A stretch of DNA of 64,000 nucleotides from Patescibacteria group bacterium (GCA_052034495.1 JBPOIL010000012.1:13644-77643), one strand, 5' to 3'. Positions 40,129 to 51,216 are shown, counted from the first letter of the stretch. Numbers and translations: made by a program. The notes: generated by a model not told the origin, from the sequence alone.

Positions 40129-40758
40129 ATGAAGGCGATGACGTACACAGCTGCAGGCAAGAAGGCCACCACTGAAGTTACTTTGGATAAGGCGATATTC
40201 GGGCAAGAAGTGAATGCTGAGCTATTGAGCTTAGCGTATCGCCGCACTCTGGCTAACCGCCGAACTAATAACGCCAAGACCCTTACCCGCGGTCTTGTGC
40301 GTGGTGGCGGTAAGAAGCCATGGCGCCAAAAGGGTACTGGCCGAGCTCGTGTAGGCTCTAGTCGTACTCCGTTATGGCGAACTGGTGGTATCGTTTTTGG
40401 CCCAACTGGTAACGAAAACTACAGCATCACCATGACTAAGAAGATGATTCGCGGTTCAGTTGCCCAGGCTCTAAGCGCCCAGGCCGATCGAATTCGGGTT
40501 ATCGAGTCATTTAAGCCCGCAGAGTCCAAGACTCGCGCAGCAGTTGATTTGCTCGCCAAGCTAGAAGTAGAAGGTAGGGTGTTCATCGTAGTAAACGCCA
40601 TGAGTGAAGCAATTGCTCGATCTGTTGCAAACCTTCCAGGTGTTGAGGCCGTGACCCCGCAGCGCATTACTGCATTCGATGTGCTAAATGCCGACGCAAT
40701 TATTATTGAACAACCTGCTCTGGACAGCATTAAATCTTGGCTAGGAGGCACGAAGTAA
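40129..40758 (+). CDS. rplD: 50S ribosomal protein L4
   Basis: L4 family sequence, 209 aa. Confidence 0.9.
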   Translation: MKAMTYTAAGKKATTEVTLDKAIFGQEVNAELLSLAYRRTLANRRTNNAKTLTRGLVRGGGKKPWRQKGTGRARVGSSRTPLWRTGGIVFGPTGNENYSITMTKKMIRGSVAQALSAQADRIRVIESFKPAESKTRAAVDLLAKLEVEGRVFIVVNAMSEAIARSVANLPGVEAVTPQRITAFDVLNADAIIIEQPALDSIKSWLGGTK

Positions 40759-41126
40759 TGTCGCAGCTAATTCTAAAGCCTATCATTTCTGAAAAGAGCA
40801 TTATGCTTGCCGCAAATCGGGTATACACCTTTGAAGTTCCAATGGCGACTAACAAGATTGAAGTGGCTCGTGCTGTTAAGGCTGCCTTTAACGTTGACGC
40901 AACAGACGTCCGAATCGTTATTACAAAGGGCAAAGTTAAGCGATTTAAGGGCAAGAGTGGTCGTCGCGTTGATGTTAAGAAAGCTATGGTTGCCGTGAAG
41001 GAAGGCCAAAGCATTAAGATCTTCGAAGCGGAAGCCGAGACAAAAGAGGACAAAAAGGCAGTCAAGAAGCAGTCTAAGGACGAGGCTAGGAAGCCTACTA
41101 CTAAGACTGCGAAGGAGGCCAAGTAA
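40758..41126 (+). CDS. rplW: 50S ribosomal protein L23 with a Lys-rich C-terminal tail (start at the TAATG overlap; track ORF starts 40737)
   Basis: [14 protein letters not shown]...; AGGAGG RBS. Confidence 0.85.
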   Translation: MSQLILKPIISEKSIMLAANRVYTFEVPMATNKIEVARAVKAAFNVDATDVRIVITKGKVKRFKGKSGRRVDVKKAMVAVKEGQSIKIFEAEAETKEDKKAVKKQSKDEARKPTTKTAKEAK

Positions 41127-41959
41127 TGCCAGTACGAGTTTACAAGCCGAATACCGCTGCTCGCCGGAATATGAGCGTAAGTGACTTCGCAGAGATTACA
41201 AAGAAGTCTCCAGAAAAGTCATTGATCCTCAAGCGCAAGCAGAAGGCTGGCCGTAATAATCAGGGCAAGATTACTACTCGACACCGAGGTGGCGGTGCTA
41301 AGCGTGCGATTCGTATTGTGGACTTCAAGCTCACAGGCGTAGAAGGTGCCAAGGTAGTCGCAATCGAGTACGATCCAGGCAGAAGTGCGCGTATTGCTTT
41401 GCTTCAGCTCAAAGAAGGCGGCAAGGCTTATGTAGTGGCTAACGCCGGTCTCAAAGTCGGTCAAACGGTTACGTCTGGCAAGGATGCAGAAATTAAAGTG
41501 GGTAATCGTTTGCCACTATCTGCTATACCAGTAGGTTCAGTTATTTCTAACATCGAGCTGACTCCAGGTCGTGGCGGGCAAATGGCTCGTTCTGCAGGTG
41601 CTCGTGCCCAGCTAGCTGCTAAAGAGGGTGTATATGTACAGGTCAAATTGCCATCTGGAGAGGTACGACTCGTGCACCAGACCTGTATGGCTACTCTAGG
41701 CGCTATCGGGAATGCCGAGCATCAGAACATCAAGGTTGGTAACGCTGGCCGCAAGCGCCACATGGGCTTCCGACCAACGGTACGTGGTAAGGCTATGAAC
41801 CCGGTTGATCACCCGCACGGTGGTGGTGAAGGTGGTACAGATATTGGTATGCCATTCCAGAAGACGCCATGGGGCAAGCATGCTCTAGGTAAACGTACGC
41901 GACGACGTAAGAAGGGCATTGATATGATTATTCGCCGACGCGGAAAGGGTAATAGGTAG
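41126..41959 (+). CDS. rplB: 50S ribosomal protein L2
   Basis: L2 family sequence, 277 aa. Confidence 0.95.
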   Translation: MPVRVYKPNTAARRNMSVSDFAEITKKSPEKSLILKRKQKAGRNNQGKITTRHRGGGAKRAIRIVDFKLTGVEGAKVVAIEYDPGRSARIALLQLKEGGKAYVVANAGLKVGQTVTSGKDAEIKVGNRLPLSAIPVGSVISNIELTPGRGGQMARSAGARAQLAAKEGVYVQVKLPSGEVRLVHQTCMATLGAIGNAEHQNIKVGNAGRKRHMGFRPTVRGKAMNPVDHPHGGGEGGTDIGMPFQKTPWGKHALGKRTRRRKKGIDMIIRRRGKGNR

Positions 41960-41965
41960 GTTATT

Positions 41966-42244
41966 ATGAGTAGATCTCTAAAAAAAGGTCCATACGTAGA
42001 CGCTAAGCTTTTGAAGAAAGTTGTTGCTCTTGGCCCGAATGAAAAGACAATAATTAAGACGTGGGCTCGATCTAGTAGCATTTCTCCTGAAATGGTCGGT
42101 AAGACTATCGCGGTCCATAATGGACGACAGCATCTTCCCGTATTCGTTACCGAAAACATGGTAGGGCATAAGCTCGGTGAGTTCTCGCCTACACGCAAGT
42201 TCCGTGGTCACGGTGGTAAATTGGCAAAGGCACAAGGAAAGTAA
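41966..42244 (+). CDS. rpsS: 30S ribosomal protein S19
   Basis: [12 protein letters not shown]... Confidence 0.9.
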   Translation: MSRSLKKGPYVDAKLLKKVVALGPNEKTIIKTWARSSSISPEMVGKTIAVHNGRQHLPVFVTENMVGHKLGEFSPTRKFRGHGGKLAKAQGK

Positions 42245-42245
42245 T

Positions 42246-42644
42246 ATGAAGGTCCAAGCTAAAACTCGCCAATTACCAATTTCTGCTCGTAAGCTACGAC
42301 TTGTAGCGGATATGGTTCGTGGCAAGGATGTTGTTGCAGCTCAGCAGCTTTTGCGAGTTACGCATAAGAAAGCAGCCGACATGGTGTACTCTACCTTGAA
42401 AAGCGCAAGTGCAAACGCGGAAAACAACTACAACCTAAACCCAAAGACTATGCGTATTGACGAGATTCGCGTTGACGAGGGGTCTACCCTTAAGCGTATG
42501 CGACCACGAGCTAAGGGTGCCAGTAGTGCAATTCTACATCGCAGCTCTCATCTTGTGATCACGCTAACTGACGCAAAGCCGACTGTAGACGCAAAGGCTA
42601 AGCCTGCGGTAAAAGCAAAACCAGTAACGAAGGAGGCCAAGTAA
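42246..42644 (+). CDS. rplV: 50S ribosomal protein L22 (start at ATG 42246; track ORF begins 42177 inside rpsS)
   Basis: MKVQAKTRQLPISARKLRLVADMVRGK. Confidence 0.9.
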   Translation: MKVQAKTRQLPISARKLRLVADMVRGKDVVAAQQLLRVTHKKAADMVYSTLKSASANAENNYNLNPKTMRIDEIRVDEGSTLKRMRPRAKGASSAILHRSSHLVITLTDAKPTVDAKAKPAVKAKPVTKEAK

Positions 42645-43261
42645 TGGGTCAAAAAGTAAATCCAACAAGTTTCCGTCTCCAGATCAACAAAGACTGGTCT
42701 AGTAAGTGGTTCGCCACTAAAGATTTTGCAAAAAACCTTTCGGGCGACATCGCGATTCGACGAGTTATTGCGCAGAACCTTACCTTCCGTGCGGGAGTTG
42801 CTGCTGTGGATATCGAGCGCTCAACTGGTGCAGTGACCGTTACTATCCATACCTCTAAGCCAGGTGTAGTGATCGGCCGAAGCGGAACTGGCATTGAAGC
42901 GCTCAAGAAGGCTCTAGCCAAGGCTGCAGGCCCGAACATTAAAGTGAATATTGAAGAGGTCAAGCAGCCAGAGATGCGCGCTCAATTGATTGCAGAGAAC
43001 GTTGCTTCTCAACTAGAGCGACGTATTGCCTTCAGACGCGTAATTAAAATGACAGTAGACAGCGCCGTAAAGGCTGGCGCTCTTGGAGCCAAGGTTCGCG
43101 TAGCCGGGCGCTTAAACGGTGCGGAAATGGCTCGTGCCGAAGTTGCATCGCAGGGAAGCATCCCGCTTCACACCTTGCGGGCAAACATTGATTACGGTAC
43201 TGCTGAAGCAAAAACCACCTACGGCATCATTGGTGTTAAAGTATGGGTTTATAAGAAGTAA
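42644..43261 (+). CDS. rpsC: 30S ribosomal protein S3
   Basis: KH-domain S3 sequence. Confidence 0.9.
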   Translation: MGQKVNPTSFRLQINKDWSSKWFATKDFAKNLSGDIAIRRVIAQNLTFRAGVAAVDIERSTGAVTVTIHTSKPGVVIGRSGTGIEALKKALAKAAGPNIKVNIEEVKQPEMRAQLIAENVASQLERRIAFRRVIKMTVDSAVKAGALGAKVRVAGRLNGAEMARAEVASQGSIPLHTLRANIDYGTAEAKTTYGIIGVKVWVYKK

Positions 43262-43278
43262 GGCCATAGGAAAAGATT

Positions 43279-43710
43279 ATGCTATTACCAAAGAAAACTA
43301 AATTCCGAAAAGCATTCAAGGGCAAGAACGTTGGCCTAGCCACCCGCGGCACCGAAATTAATTTCGGACGTTACGGCCTGCAAGCTATGGGCAATGAGCG
43401 CATTACGTCTCGCCAGATCGAAGCAGCACGTCGAGCGATGACTCGCTACATTAAACGTGGCGGTAAGATTTGGATTCGTATCTTCCCGCATACTCCGGTC
43501 ACTTCTAAGCCGGCAGAAGTCCGCATGGGTAGCGGTAAAGGTGCGTTGAGTCATTATGTAGCAAAGGTTCAGGCTGGCAGGATCATGTTCGAGATGGACG
43601 GGGTAAGCGAAGAAGTTGCCAAAGAGGCAATGCGTCTCGCAGCTATGAAGATGCCAGTAAAAACGAAGTTTATCGTTAAGGCTACGCCAGGAGAAAGTCA
43701 TGAAGGTTAA
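43279..43710 (+). CDS. rplP: 50S ribosomal protein L16
   Basis: [15 protein letters not shown]... Confidence 0.9.
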   Translation: MLLPKKTKFRKAFKGKNVGLATRGTEINFGRYGLQAMGNERITSRQIEAARRAMTRYIKRGGKIWIRIFPHTPVTSKPAEVRMGSGKGALSHYVAKVQAGRIMFEMDGVSEEVAKEAMRLAAMKMPVKTKFIVKATPGESHEG

Positions 43711-43912
43711 GGAAATGCGAACAAAATCATCCAAGGAACTTGAGACTATGCTTCAGGACCTAAGGACTAAGTTGGCTCAGACGCATGTCGACATGAGAGT
43801 CAAAGAGACCCCAAATGTTAAGCAAATTAAGGCTATTAAGCGAGATATCGCACGCGTCCTAACCCTTCAGCGTGAAGCGCAAGTGAAAGATATGGAGAAG
43901 ACCAATGAGTAG
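43700..43912 (+). CDS. rpmC: 50S ribosomal protein L29
   Basis: 70 aa L29 sequence. Confidence 0.85.
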   Translation: MKVKEMRTKSSKELETMLQDLRTKLAQTHVDMRVKETPNVKQIKAIKRDIARVLTLQREAQVKDMEKTNE

Positions 43913-44165
43913 AGTATTAAGCGGCAAGATCGTATCAGACAAGATGGACAAGACGGTTGTGGTAGCAGTAGAGCGCCTCAAAACTCACCCATTGTACAAG
44001 AAGCAGTATAAGACTACTGCTAAGTTCAAGGCGCACGATGAGAACAACGAGTACAAGGTCGGAGACGTAGTTGAGATCACCGAGACTCGCCCATTGAGTA
44101 AAACGAAGAAATTCACCATTACGAAGAAGACAGGCGAAGTAATCGTAAAGGGAGGTAAGGCATGA
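43905..44165 (+). CDS. rpsQ: 30S ribosomal protein S17
   Basis: 86 aa S17 sequence. Confidence 0.9.
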   Translation: MSRVLSGKIVSDKMDKTVVVAVERLKTHPLYKKQYKTTAKFKAHDENNEYKVGDVVEITETRPLSKTKKFTITKKTGEVIVKGGKA

Positions 44166-44530
44166 TTCAGCCCCAGACCCGACTCAAGATAGCCGACAAC
44201 ACCGGCGCTAAGCAGATCATGTGCATCAAGGTACTTGGTGGATCAAGACGTCGTTATGCTCGCGTTGGCGATATTATTGTTGCTAGCGTAAAGACCGCAA
44301 CTCCTAACGGAACAGTTAAGAAGAAAGAAGTAATTCGAGCGGTCGTGGTACGTACTGCTAAGGAGACATTACGCCAAGACGGATCTTCTATCCGCTTTGA
44401 CGAGAACGCGGCCGTTGTTATTGATAAAGCCGGCTTGCCTCGTGGAACACGAATCTTCGGCCCTGTTACACGTGAATTGCGCGAACGTGGCTACATGAAG
44501 ATTGTGTCGTTAGCACCGGAGGTACTCTAG
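44162..44530 (+). CDS. rplN: 50S ribosomal protein L14
   Basis: [17 protein letters not shown]. Confidence 0.95.
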   Translation: MIQPQTRLKIADNTGAKQIMCIKVLGGSRRRYARVGDIIVASVKTATPNGTVKKKEVIRAVVVRTAKETLRQDGSSIRFDENAAVVIDKAGLPRGTRIFGPVTRELRERGYMKIVSLAPEVL

Positions 44531-44531
44531 T

Positions 44532-44912
44532 ATGAATACTATGAAACTTAGACTCAAGGATAAGGTAATGGTTATTCGCGGTCGAGACAAGGGTAAGAAG
44601 GGCGAGATTGTTGCCGTTCTTCCTAAGGAAAATAAGGTGGTAGTGGAAGGCATTAATATCGCCAAGAAGCACACCAAGCCAAGCGCAAAGACTCCGCGAG
44701 GAGGCATCGTTGAGCTTGCTAAGCCAATTGATGTTGCGAAGGTGATGGTCCTAGACCCAACTTCTGGAAAGCCAGCTCGCATTGGCTATAGGCTCGATGC
44801 CAAAGGCAATAAGGAGCGAATCTTTAAAGTGTCTAAGTTCCAGAACAAGACGAAGCCAAAGGCGAGCGAAAAGCCAGCCAAGGCTGCTAAGCCAGAAAAG
44901 AATGAGAAGTAA
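44532..44912 (+). CDS. rplX: 50S ribosomal protein L24 with a Lys-rich C-terminal extension
   Basis: KOW motif VMVIRGRDKGKKGEI. Confidence 0.9.
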   Translation: MNTMKLRLKDKVMVIRGRDKGKKGEIVAVLPKENKVVVEGINIAKKHTKPSAKTPRGGIVELAKPIDVAKVMVLDPTSGKPARIGYRLDAKGNKERIFKVSKFQNKTKPKASEKPAKAAKPEKNEK

Positions 44913-44914
44913 TC

Positions 44915-45463
44915 ATGAATAGATTAAAAGACCACTACAAGAATACCCTTGCCAAGGAATTGGCAACATCACTCGGACTCAAGAACCCAAATCAGGTTCC
45001 AAAAATCGAGAAGATTGTTGTGAGCGTTGGTGTAGGCCGAGCGCTTCAAGACAGCAAGCATCTTGAGCAGGCCATGGCTACACTCACGAAAGTTACAGGC
45101 CAGAAGCCAGTAGTTACAAAAGCACGAAAGAGTATTGCTACTTTTAAGCTGCGAGAAGGCAACGAAATTGGTGCGACCGTGACTTTGCGCGGGGAACGCA
45201 TGTACTACTTCCTGGACCAGCTCGTTAGCGTGGTCCTACCTCGTATTCGTGATTTCCACGGCGTAAAAGCGAATGCTTTTGACCCACAGGGCAACTATAG
45301 TATCGGGATTAAAGAGCAAACCGTGTTTCCTCAAATATCCTACGAGGAAGCCCACACCACCCACGGGATGCAAATCAACATAATTACAAGCGGACGAGAC
45401 AAGGAAGCTGCCAAAGCTTTGCTGACAGGCCTTGGTATGCCGTTTGAGAAAGGAGCGAACTAA
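44915..45463 (+). CDS. rplE: 50S ribosomal protein L5
   Basis: 182 aa L5 sequence. Confidence 0.9.
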   Translation: MNRLKDHYKNTLAKELATSLGLKNPNQVPKIEKIVVSVGVGRALQDSKHLEQAMATLTKVTGQKPVVTKARKSIATFKLREGNEIGATVTLRGERMYYFLDQLVSVVLPRIRDFHGVKANAFDPQGNYSIGIKEQTVFPQISYEEAHTTHGMQINIITSGRDKEAAKALLTGLGMPFEKGAN

Positions 45464-45732
45464 TGGCTAGAAAAGCATTATTGCAGCGCGAGATAAAGCG
45501 TCAGAAATTAGCTGACAAGTATGCCGTTAAGCGCGCCGAATTAAAGGCAATGGGGGATTTAGAAGGATTGGCTAAGTTGCCTCGCAACTCTAACCCTAAT
45601 CGTATGCGTAACCGCTGCGAAGTTACCGGAAGGTCACGTGGTTATATTCGCAAGTTTGGCTTATCACGTATTACGTTCCGTGAGTACGCCTCCAAGGGCC
45701 AAGTCCCTGGTGTAACGAAATCAAGTTGGTAA
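45463..45732 (+). CDS. rpsN: 30S ribosomal protein S14 (long form)
   Basis: 89 aa, ends ...VPGVTKSSW. Confidence 0.85.
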   Translation: MARKALLQREIKRQKLADKYAVKRAELKAMGDLEGLAKLPRNSNPNRMRNRCEVTGRSRGYIRKFGLSRITFREYASKGQVPGVTKSSW

Positions 45733-45748
45733 AGGAAAGGAGACAAGC

Positions 45749-46144
45749 ATGATTACAACAGATCCAATCGCAGATATGCTTACTCGCATCCGCAATGCAC
45801 GCGGTGCCGGTATGTCGCAGGTCTCTATTCCTTATTCAAGGATTAAGCATCAAATTGCTGATATTCTTGCCAAATCAGGATACGTTTCAGGCGTTAAAGT
45901 TGGGAAGAACGGCGCCTTCCAAGTGCTCGAGCTAGGTATCGACGGAAGCGGCGTAAAACGTCCGTTGCAGAAGCTTATGCGCGTCAGTAAGCCAGGTCGA
46001 CGAGTCTACGCAAAGCGCGATGAAATCCCACACGTTTTAAGTGGCAGGGGTATTGTTATCGTATCAACTTCATCGGGCCTTATGACCGGCCAAGAAGCTC
46101 GGCAAAAAGGCCTTGGTGGCGAATTAATTTGCAAGGTATGGTAG
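45749..46144 (+). CDS. rpsH: 30S ribosomal protein S8
   Basis: MITTDPIADMLTRIRNA. Confidence 0.9.
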   Translation: MITTDPIADMLTRIRNARGAGMSQVSIPYSRIKHQIADILAKSGYVSGVKVGKNGAFQVLELGIDGSGVKRPLQKLMRVSKPGRRVYAKRDEIPHVLSGRGIVIVSTSSGLMTGQEARQKGLGGELICKVW

Positions 46145-46151
46145 GTGTAGT

Positions 46152-46691
46152 ATGAGTAGAATCGGAAAAGTACCAGTTACAATACCCGCAGGAGTTACCT
46201 TAGAAGTTAAGGACGGCATGATTGTCGTGACCGGCTCAAAGGGAAGCCTAAACCAACCCCTCCTCCAGGGCTTTAAAATCGAAGAGCAAGATGGTTTGGT
46301 CGCTGTAGTTCGCGAGGTGGAGAACAGTGACACTCAGAAGCAGTTTGGCCTACTGAGAACCTTGATCGCCAACATGGTAATCGGCGTTTCTACAGGTTTT
46401 GAAAAAACATTAGAAATTAATGGTGTCGGTTATCGTGCGGCAGCTGAAGGTCGCGGCGTAAGCTTGAGCCTTGGGTACTCGCACAAAATCAGCTACCTAC
46501 CCCCAGAGGGCGTAGAGCTCAAGGTTGAAGGCAACAAGATCATCGTTTCAGGCTATGATAAGCAGCTTGTAGGTGAGGCTGCGGCTAAAATCCGCTCGTA
46601 CCGCAAGCCAGAGCCATATAAGGGCAAAGGTATTAAGTACGCAGGCGAGCACATTCGACGTAAGGCTGGTAAGACAGCGGCTAAGGGATAA
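46152..46691 (+). CDS. rplF: 50S ribosomal protein L6
   Basis: 179 aa L6 sequence. Confidence 0.9.
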   Translation: MSRIGKVPVTIPAGVTLEVKDGMIVVTGSKGSLNQPLLQGFKIEEQDGLVAVVREVENSDTQKQFGLLRTLIANMVIGVSTGFEKTLEINGVGYRAAAEGRGVSLSLGYSHKISYLPPEGVELKVEGNKIIVSGYDKQLVGEAAAKIRSYRKPEPYKGKGIKYAGEHIRRKAGKTAAKG

Positions 46692-46695
46692 TATT

Positions 46696-47043
46696 ATGAA
46701 AAGACTCACATCCGACATCCTCAAGAAAAAACGAATCAGGGCCAAGATCCACGGTACCGCTCAGCGACCACGTTTAGCAGTAAGCGTGTCTAATCGTCAG
46801 GTTGTAGCTCAGCTCATTGACGATGATGCTGCTAAGACTTTGGCATACGCCACATCAACTGGTCAAAAAGAGTTGGACGGCAAGACCATGACTGAAAAGG
46901 CCACCTGGGTAGGCACGAAGATCGCAGAACTCGGTGCTGCCAAGAAGGTATCGGCGGTAATCTTTGATCGTGGTATACACATTTATCATGGTAGGGTTGC
47001 TGCATTGGCTGGCGCTGCTCGTGAGAAAGGATTAAAATTCTAG
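46696..47043 (+). CDS. rplR: 50S ribosomal protein L18 (start at ATG 46696; track ORF starts 46573 inside rplF)
   Basis: MKRLTSDILKKKRIRAKIHGTAQRPRLAVS. Confidence 0.9.
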   Translation: MKRLTSDILKKKRIRAKIHGTAQRPRLAVSVSNRQVVAQLIDDDAAKTLAYATSTGQKELDGKTMTEKATWVGTKIAELGAAKKVSAVIFDRGIHIYHGRVAALAGAAREKGLKF

Positions 47044-47045
47044 AT

Positions 47046-47531
47046 ATGGTAGAAGCAGTAAAAGAATTCGAAGAAAAGATCATAGCCCTAGATCGTGTTA
47101 CACGTGTTGTTAAGGGTGGTCGACGTTTCCGCTTTAGAGCGACCGTAGTGGTAGGGAATGGTAAGGACAAAGTTGGCGTTGGCGTAGGCAAGGGTCAGGA
47201 CGTTCAGACAGCTATAGCCAAGGCCGTAAGTAAAGCCAAGAAGGCAATGATTACCGTTGAGCTAAAGGACAACACGATCCCTCACGAAACCCAGGTTACT
47301 TTTGGCGGAGCAACGGTATTTATGAAACCAGCCAGCCCTGGTACAGGCGTGATTGCCGGCGGTGCAGTCCGGTCCGTAGTTGAGGCAGTCGGCATCAAAG
47401 ACCTGCTCACCAAGTCGCTTGGTTCAACGAACAAGATTAATAATGCTTACGCGACACAAGAGGCTCTATCTACTCTAGGTAGTGTAGCGGCGTTTGGCGC
47501 AAAGCCGACGGTAGCCAAGGAGGCTAAATAA
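47046..47531 (+). CDS. rpsE: 30S ribosomal protein S5
   Basis: 161 aa S5 sequence. Confidence 0.9.
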   Translation: MVEAVKEFEEKIIALDRVTRVVKGGRRFRFRATVVVGNGKDKVGVGVGKGQDVQTAIAKAVSKAKKAMITVELKDNTIPHETQVTFGGATVFMKPASPGTGVIAGGAVRSVVEAVGIKDLLTKSLGSTNKINNAYATQEALSTLGSVAAFGAKPTVAKEAK

Positions 47532-48019
47532 TGAAGATTCATGAATTGCCCCTAAAGTCCCACAAGGCCAAGAAGCGCCTAGGGCGCGGTATCGGTTCTG
47601 GCCAGGGAAAGACTGCCGGACGTGGCACAAAGGGTCAGAACTCACGAACTGGCGGCGGTGTACGCGTTGGGTTTGAGGGTGGTCAGACTCAGCTTTCTCA
47701 GCGCTTACCGAAGGTACGCGGATTTAAATCTAAAAACCCGACTAACTATCAGGTTGTGAATGTTGGCGATCTCGCTCGTTACAAAGCAGGGGTTGTTGAC
47801 GGCACCAAGTTGGCTGCTGATGGACTTGTCAAAAAGGCCGATGGCCTTATCAAGCTCCTTTCTGTTGGTGAAGTCACCGTGGCCTACACGGTAGAAGTGA
47901 CTGCTGCGAGCCAAGTTGCTGTCAAAAAGATCGAAAAAGCAGGCGGCAAGGTAGTACTTGGGACCAAGAAGGCTCAAAAGCCAGCAGCAAAAGCACAGGA
48001 TTCAGAAGACGCTAAATAA
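47531..48019 (+). CDS. rplO: 50S ribosomal protein L15 (no L30 gene between S5 and L15)
   Basis: Gly-rich L15 N-terminus RLGRGIGSGQGKTAGRGTKGQ. Confidence 0.9.
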   Translation: MKIHELPLKSHKAKKRLGRGIGSGQGKTAGRGTKGQNSRTGGGVRVGFEGGQTQLSQRLPKVRGFKSKNPTNYQVVNVGDLARYKAGVVDGTKLAADGLVKKADGLIKLLSVGEVTVAYTVEVTAASQVAVKKIEKAGGKVVLGTKKAQKPAAKAQDSEDAK

Positions 48020-48040
48020 TCAAACGGGAGGGTAGGCGAT

Positions 48041-49357
48041 ATGAATAGTACAGTGCTACGACAAATGTATCGAAACAAAGAGCTGCGCAAGCGGCTCGGC
48101 GTCGTCGCGCTCGTACTATTTGTATACGCCTGCATCTCGAATGTGCCGGTTCCGGTACCGGACACCGTAAAGCTCCAGAGTTTCTTGCTTCGACTCTTTC
48201 AGTCGAATCCGCTCTTAGGTTTCGCTAATTTGTTCTCAGGTGGCGCCATGACGAACTTTTCGATCATCCTCATGGGTCTTGGGCCCTACATTAACGCCTC
48301 TATCATTATGCAGCTATTGACTCAGGTAGTACCTAAACTTGAGGCTCTGAGTAAAGAAGGTGAATCAGGCCGCAATAAGATCAACTACTATACAAGGCTC
48401 CTGACAGTTCCTTTGGCACTCATTCAGTCAGTTGCAATGATATTCTTCGTACAAACTACTTCAAAGCAGATATCGGGCGTTGATCTGATCGGCAAGCCTT
48501 CGCCATTCCAGTGGGCACTTATGGTCGCCACGATAACCGCGGGGAGTATGCTTCTGATGTGGCTCGGCGAGATTATCACTGACAGAGGTATCGGCAATGG
48601 TATATCAATACTGATTGTTGCGGGTATCGTGGCTTCCTTGCCCTCTACAATCTCTCAGCAGGCAGCTTTATTGCAGGCCGACCCTTCGAAGATTGTAAGT
48701 ATTGTAGCTATAGTCGTTATGTTCTTGCTTACGATCGTTGGTGTGGTGTACATCAACGAAGGTCAGCGCAATATACCTGTTTCGTACGCCAGGCGTACAA
48801 GTGCAAACGCAGCTTATGGCTCGGTAGATACTCATCTTCCGCTTAAGGTAATTATTGCCGGCGTGGTGCCAATCATATTCTCTTTAGCTTTCTTGCAGGT
48901 GCCTGCATTTATTGGGCAGATATTCAGTAATGCAAAAACCGACTGGGTGGCTAGCTTCGCTCAGACACTCTCTAAGGTATTTGCTCCAACCAGTTGGGTA
49001 TATGCTGCAACCTACTTTGTCCTCGTAGTCGCCTTTACCTATTTCTACACCTCGATTATATTTAAACCGACTGACATTGCCGAGAATCTACAGAAGCAGG
49101 GCGGGTTTATACCTGGTATACGGCCAGGTAAGGAAACCGCAACCTATCTCAAGAGAGTGGTGAACCGAATTACCCTCTTCGGCGCTCTGGCGCTCGGTAC
49201 ACTGGCTATCCTACCGTTTATACTCGAGGCAGTATTGAAAACGTCAGCCTCGCTCGCGATCGGTGGTACGAGCCTATTGATTATCGTTGCAGTGGCGATT
49301 GAGACTATGCGCCAAATCGAAGCCAAGGCGCTGACGGCGACGTATGATCAGTATTAA
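48041..49357 (+). CDS. secY: preprotein translocase subunit SecY
   Basis: 10-TM SecY sequence, 438 aa. Confidence 0.95.
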   Translation: MNSTVLRQMYRNKELRKRLGVVALVLFVYACISNVPVPVPDTVKLQSFLLRLFQSNPLLGFANLFSGGAMTNFSIILMGLGPYINASIIMQLLTQVVPKLEALSKEGESGRNKINYYTRLLTVPLALIQSVAMIFFVQTTSKQISGVDLIGKPSPFQWALMVATITAGSMLLMWLGEIITDRGIGNGISILIVAGIVASLPSTISQQAALLQADPSKIVSIVAIVVMFLLTIVGVVYINEGQRNIPVSYARRTSANAAYGSVDTHLPLKVIIAGVVPIIFSLAFLQVPAFIGQIFSNAKTDWVASFAQTLSKVFAPTSWVYAATYFVLVVAFTYFYTSIIFKPTDIAENLQKQGGFIPGIRPGKETATYLKRVVNRITLFGALALGTLAILPFILEAVLKTSASLAIGGTSLLIIVAVAIETMRQIEAKALTATYDQY

Positions 49358-49379
49358 TCAACTTTAACCTGGAAAACCC

Positions 49380-49408
49380 TTTACAATGACACACGGAACC
49401 TATATAAT
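49380..49408 (+). promoter_or_regulatory. internal sigma70-type promoter upstream of infA
   Basis: TTTACA, 17-nt spacer, TATAAT. Confidence 0.45.
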
Positions 49409-49430
49409 AACAACTTGTAGCGCGTAATCT

Positions 49431-49652
49431 ATGGCAAATACAAAGGAAGTAATTGAAATTGACGGGACCGTGCTCGAGTCTCTACCGAATGCCATGTTTA
49501 AGGTAGAACTAGAGAACGGCCATACCATCTTAGCCCACATATCAGGCAAGATGCGCATGCACTATATCAAAATTCTTCCAGGCGACAAGGTTACCGTTGA
49601 AATGACCCCATACGATCTTAGTAAGGGGCGAATAACATATCGCCATAAGTAA
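49431..49652 (+). CDS. infA: translation initiation factor IF-1
   Basis: 73 aa S1-like IF-1 sequence; adk and map are not present between secY and infA. Confidence 0.9.
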   Translation: MANTKEVIEIDGTVLESLPNAMFKVELENGHTILAHISGKMRMHYIKILPGDKVTVEMTPYDLSKGRITYRHK

Positions 49653-49670
49653 CGCAGTAAGGGTAATTGT

Positions 49671-49784
49671 ATGAAAGTTCGAGCCGGAGTTAAGAAAATG
49701 TGTTCCAAGTGCAAAGTCGTAGTACGCAAGCGCGTAGTGCGGGTTATTTGTGAAAATCCTAAACATAAGCAGAGGCAAGGCTAG
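49671..49784 (+). CDS. rpmJ: 50S ribosomal protein L36 (37 aa; below the ORF-track length cutoff)
   Basis: [37 protein letters not shown]; stop abuts the rpsM ATG. Confidence 0.8.
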   Translation: MKVRAGVKKMCSKCKVVVRKRVVRVICENPKHKQRQG

Positions 49785-50171
49785 ATGGCACGTATTGCAG
49801 GTACGAACGTTCCAAATGAAAAACGAGCAGAAGTAGGCTTGACCTACATATTTGGCGTTGGTCTTACAACGAGCCAAAAGATGCTTGCCGAACTTAAGAT
49901 CGACCCAAGCACTAGAATTAAAGATATCTCCGAATCAGATCTCGTAAAGATTCGTGAATACATTGATAAGAACCTGCAAGTTGAGGCAGATCTTTCACGC
50001 CAAGTAAGCCTAAACATCAAGCGACTCAAAGAGATTAAGTCGTACCGTGGAGTGCGCCATGGAGCAAACTTGCCAGTACGTGGCCAGCGCACCAAGACTA
50101 ACGCCCGAACCAAGCGTGGTCGCCGCGTAACAGTGGGTAGCGGACGTAAAAAAGCAGCAGCAAAGACATAG
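49785..50171 (+). CDS. rpsM: 30S ribosomal protein S13
   Basis: MARIAGTNVP... Confidence 0.9.
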   Translation: MARIAGTNVPNEKRAEVGLTYIFGVGLTTSQKMLAELKIDPSTRIKDISESDLVKIREYIDKNLQVEADLSRQVSLNIKRLKEIKSYRGVRHGANLPVRGQRTKTNARTKRGRRVTVGSGRKKAAAKT

Positions 50172-50189
50172 GATAAACGGAATATAATA

Positions 50190-50582
50190 ATGGCAAAAGC
50201 AGCAACCAAACCAAAACGACGAAAGATTAAGCGCAGCCTACCTAAGGGCCAGGTGCACATTAAGTCTACGTTTAATAACACGATTATCTCTGTAACGGAC
50301 GATAAGGGTAATGTAGTGAGCTGGGGAACAGCCGGTCTTGCCGGTTTCAAGGGCTCACGCAAGAGTACTCCTTATGCTGCTCAGCTGGCATCAGAAAAGG
50401 CCATCAATACAGCTAAAGACTTTGGTCTAGCTAAGGTCGATGTATTCGTAAAAGGAATTGGTAGTGGTCGCGAGTCTGCTATCCGCGCACTTCAGGCTTC
50501 AGGCGTAGCTATTGCCAGCATCACCGACGTCACGGGCGTTCCGCATAATGGCTGCAGGCCAAGAAAGGCAAGAAGGGTCTAG
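50190..50582 (+). CDS. rpsK: 30S ribosomal protein S11
   Basis: 130 aa S11 sequence. Confidence 0.9.
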   Translation: MAKAATKPKRRKIKRSLPKGQVHIKSTFNNTIISVTDDKGNVVSWGTAGLAGFKGSRKSTPYAAQLASEKAINTAKDFGLAKVDVFVKGIGSGRESAIRALQASGVAIASITDVTGVPHNGCRPRKARRV

Positions 50583-50584
50583 AT

Positions 50585-51196
50585 ATGGCAAGAAATATTG
50601 GACCAATCGCTAAATTGTCACGTCGAGAGGGCGTAGAGCTTCATCCGAAGGCTGCAAAGGCTCTTGCTCGTCGTAACTACATCCCTGGCCAGCACGGTCA
50701 GTCAAGGCGTTCTAAGCCTAGTGATTACTCTGTTCAGCTGCGTGAAAAACAAAAAGTTAAGCGCATGTACGGAATCCTTGAAAAGCAGTTCCGCATTTAC
50801 GTTGCTCGAGCAGAACGCATGGATGGCGTTACAGGTGAAAACCTATTAGCTCTTTTAGAGCGAAGGCTCGACAACGTTTGTTACCGGCTTGGATTTGCTC
50901 CATCAAGGCAAGCTGCTCGTCAGATGGTGGCACATGCTCATATCACCCTGAACGGCAAGAAGGTGGACATTCCATCTATCACCGTCAAGCCTGGCGATGA
51001 GATAGCGGTTCGGGCTTCAAGCCTAAAGAAACCATTATTCGTAGCCCTAGATGGCAACCTGGCTGAAGCTAGCTCGGTAAGCTGGCTAAGCTTGAACGCC
51101 AAGAAGCTGTCAGCTAAGGTCACAAGCCTGCCGCTGCGAAGTGAGTTGGATCAGGATATTCAAGAGCAGTTAATCATTGAGTTCTACTCAAGGTAA
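50585..51196 (+). CDS. rpsD: 30S ribosomal protein S4
   Basis: 203 aa S4 sequence. Confidence 0.9.
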   Translation: MARNIGPIAKLSRREGVELHPKAAKALARRNYIPGQHGQSRRSKPSDYSVQLREKQKVKRMYGILEKQFRIYVARAERMDGVTGENLLALLERRLDNVCYRLGFAPSRQAARQMVAHAHITLNGKKVDIPSITVKPGDEIAVRASSLKKPLFVALDGNLAEASSVSWLSLNAKKLSAKVTSLPLRSELDQDIQEQLIIEFYSR

Positions 51197-51216
51197 TTAA
51201 AGTAAGGAGTTATACG

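Noticed and set aside
49671-49784. Apparent frameshift in rpmJ (L36)
   Set aside because: On first pass I read an extra G in a G-run that would truncate L36. Re-indexing against the infA stop (49652) and rpsM start (49785) shows the 114-nt, 37-aa frame is intact; the discrepancy was my line-splitting error.
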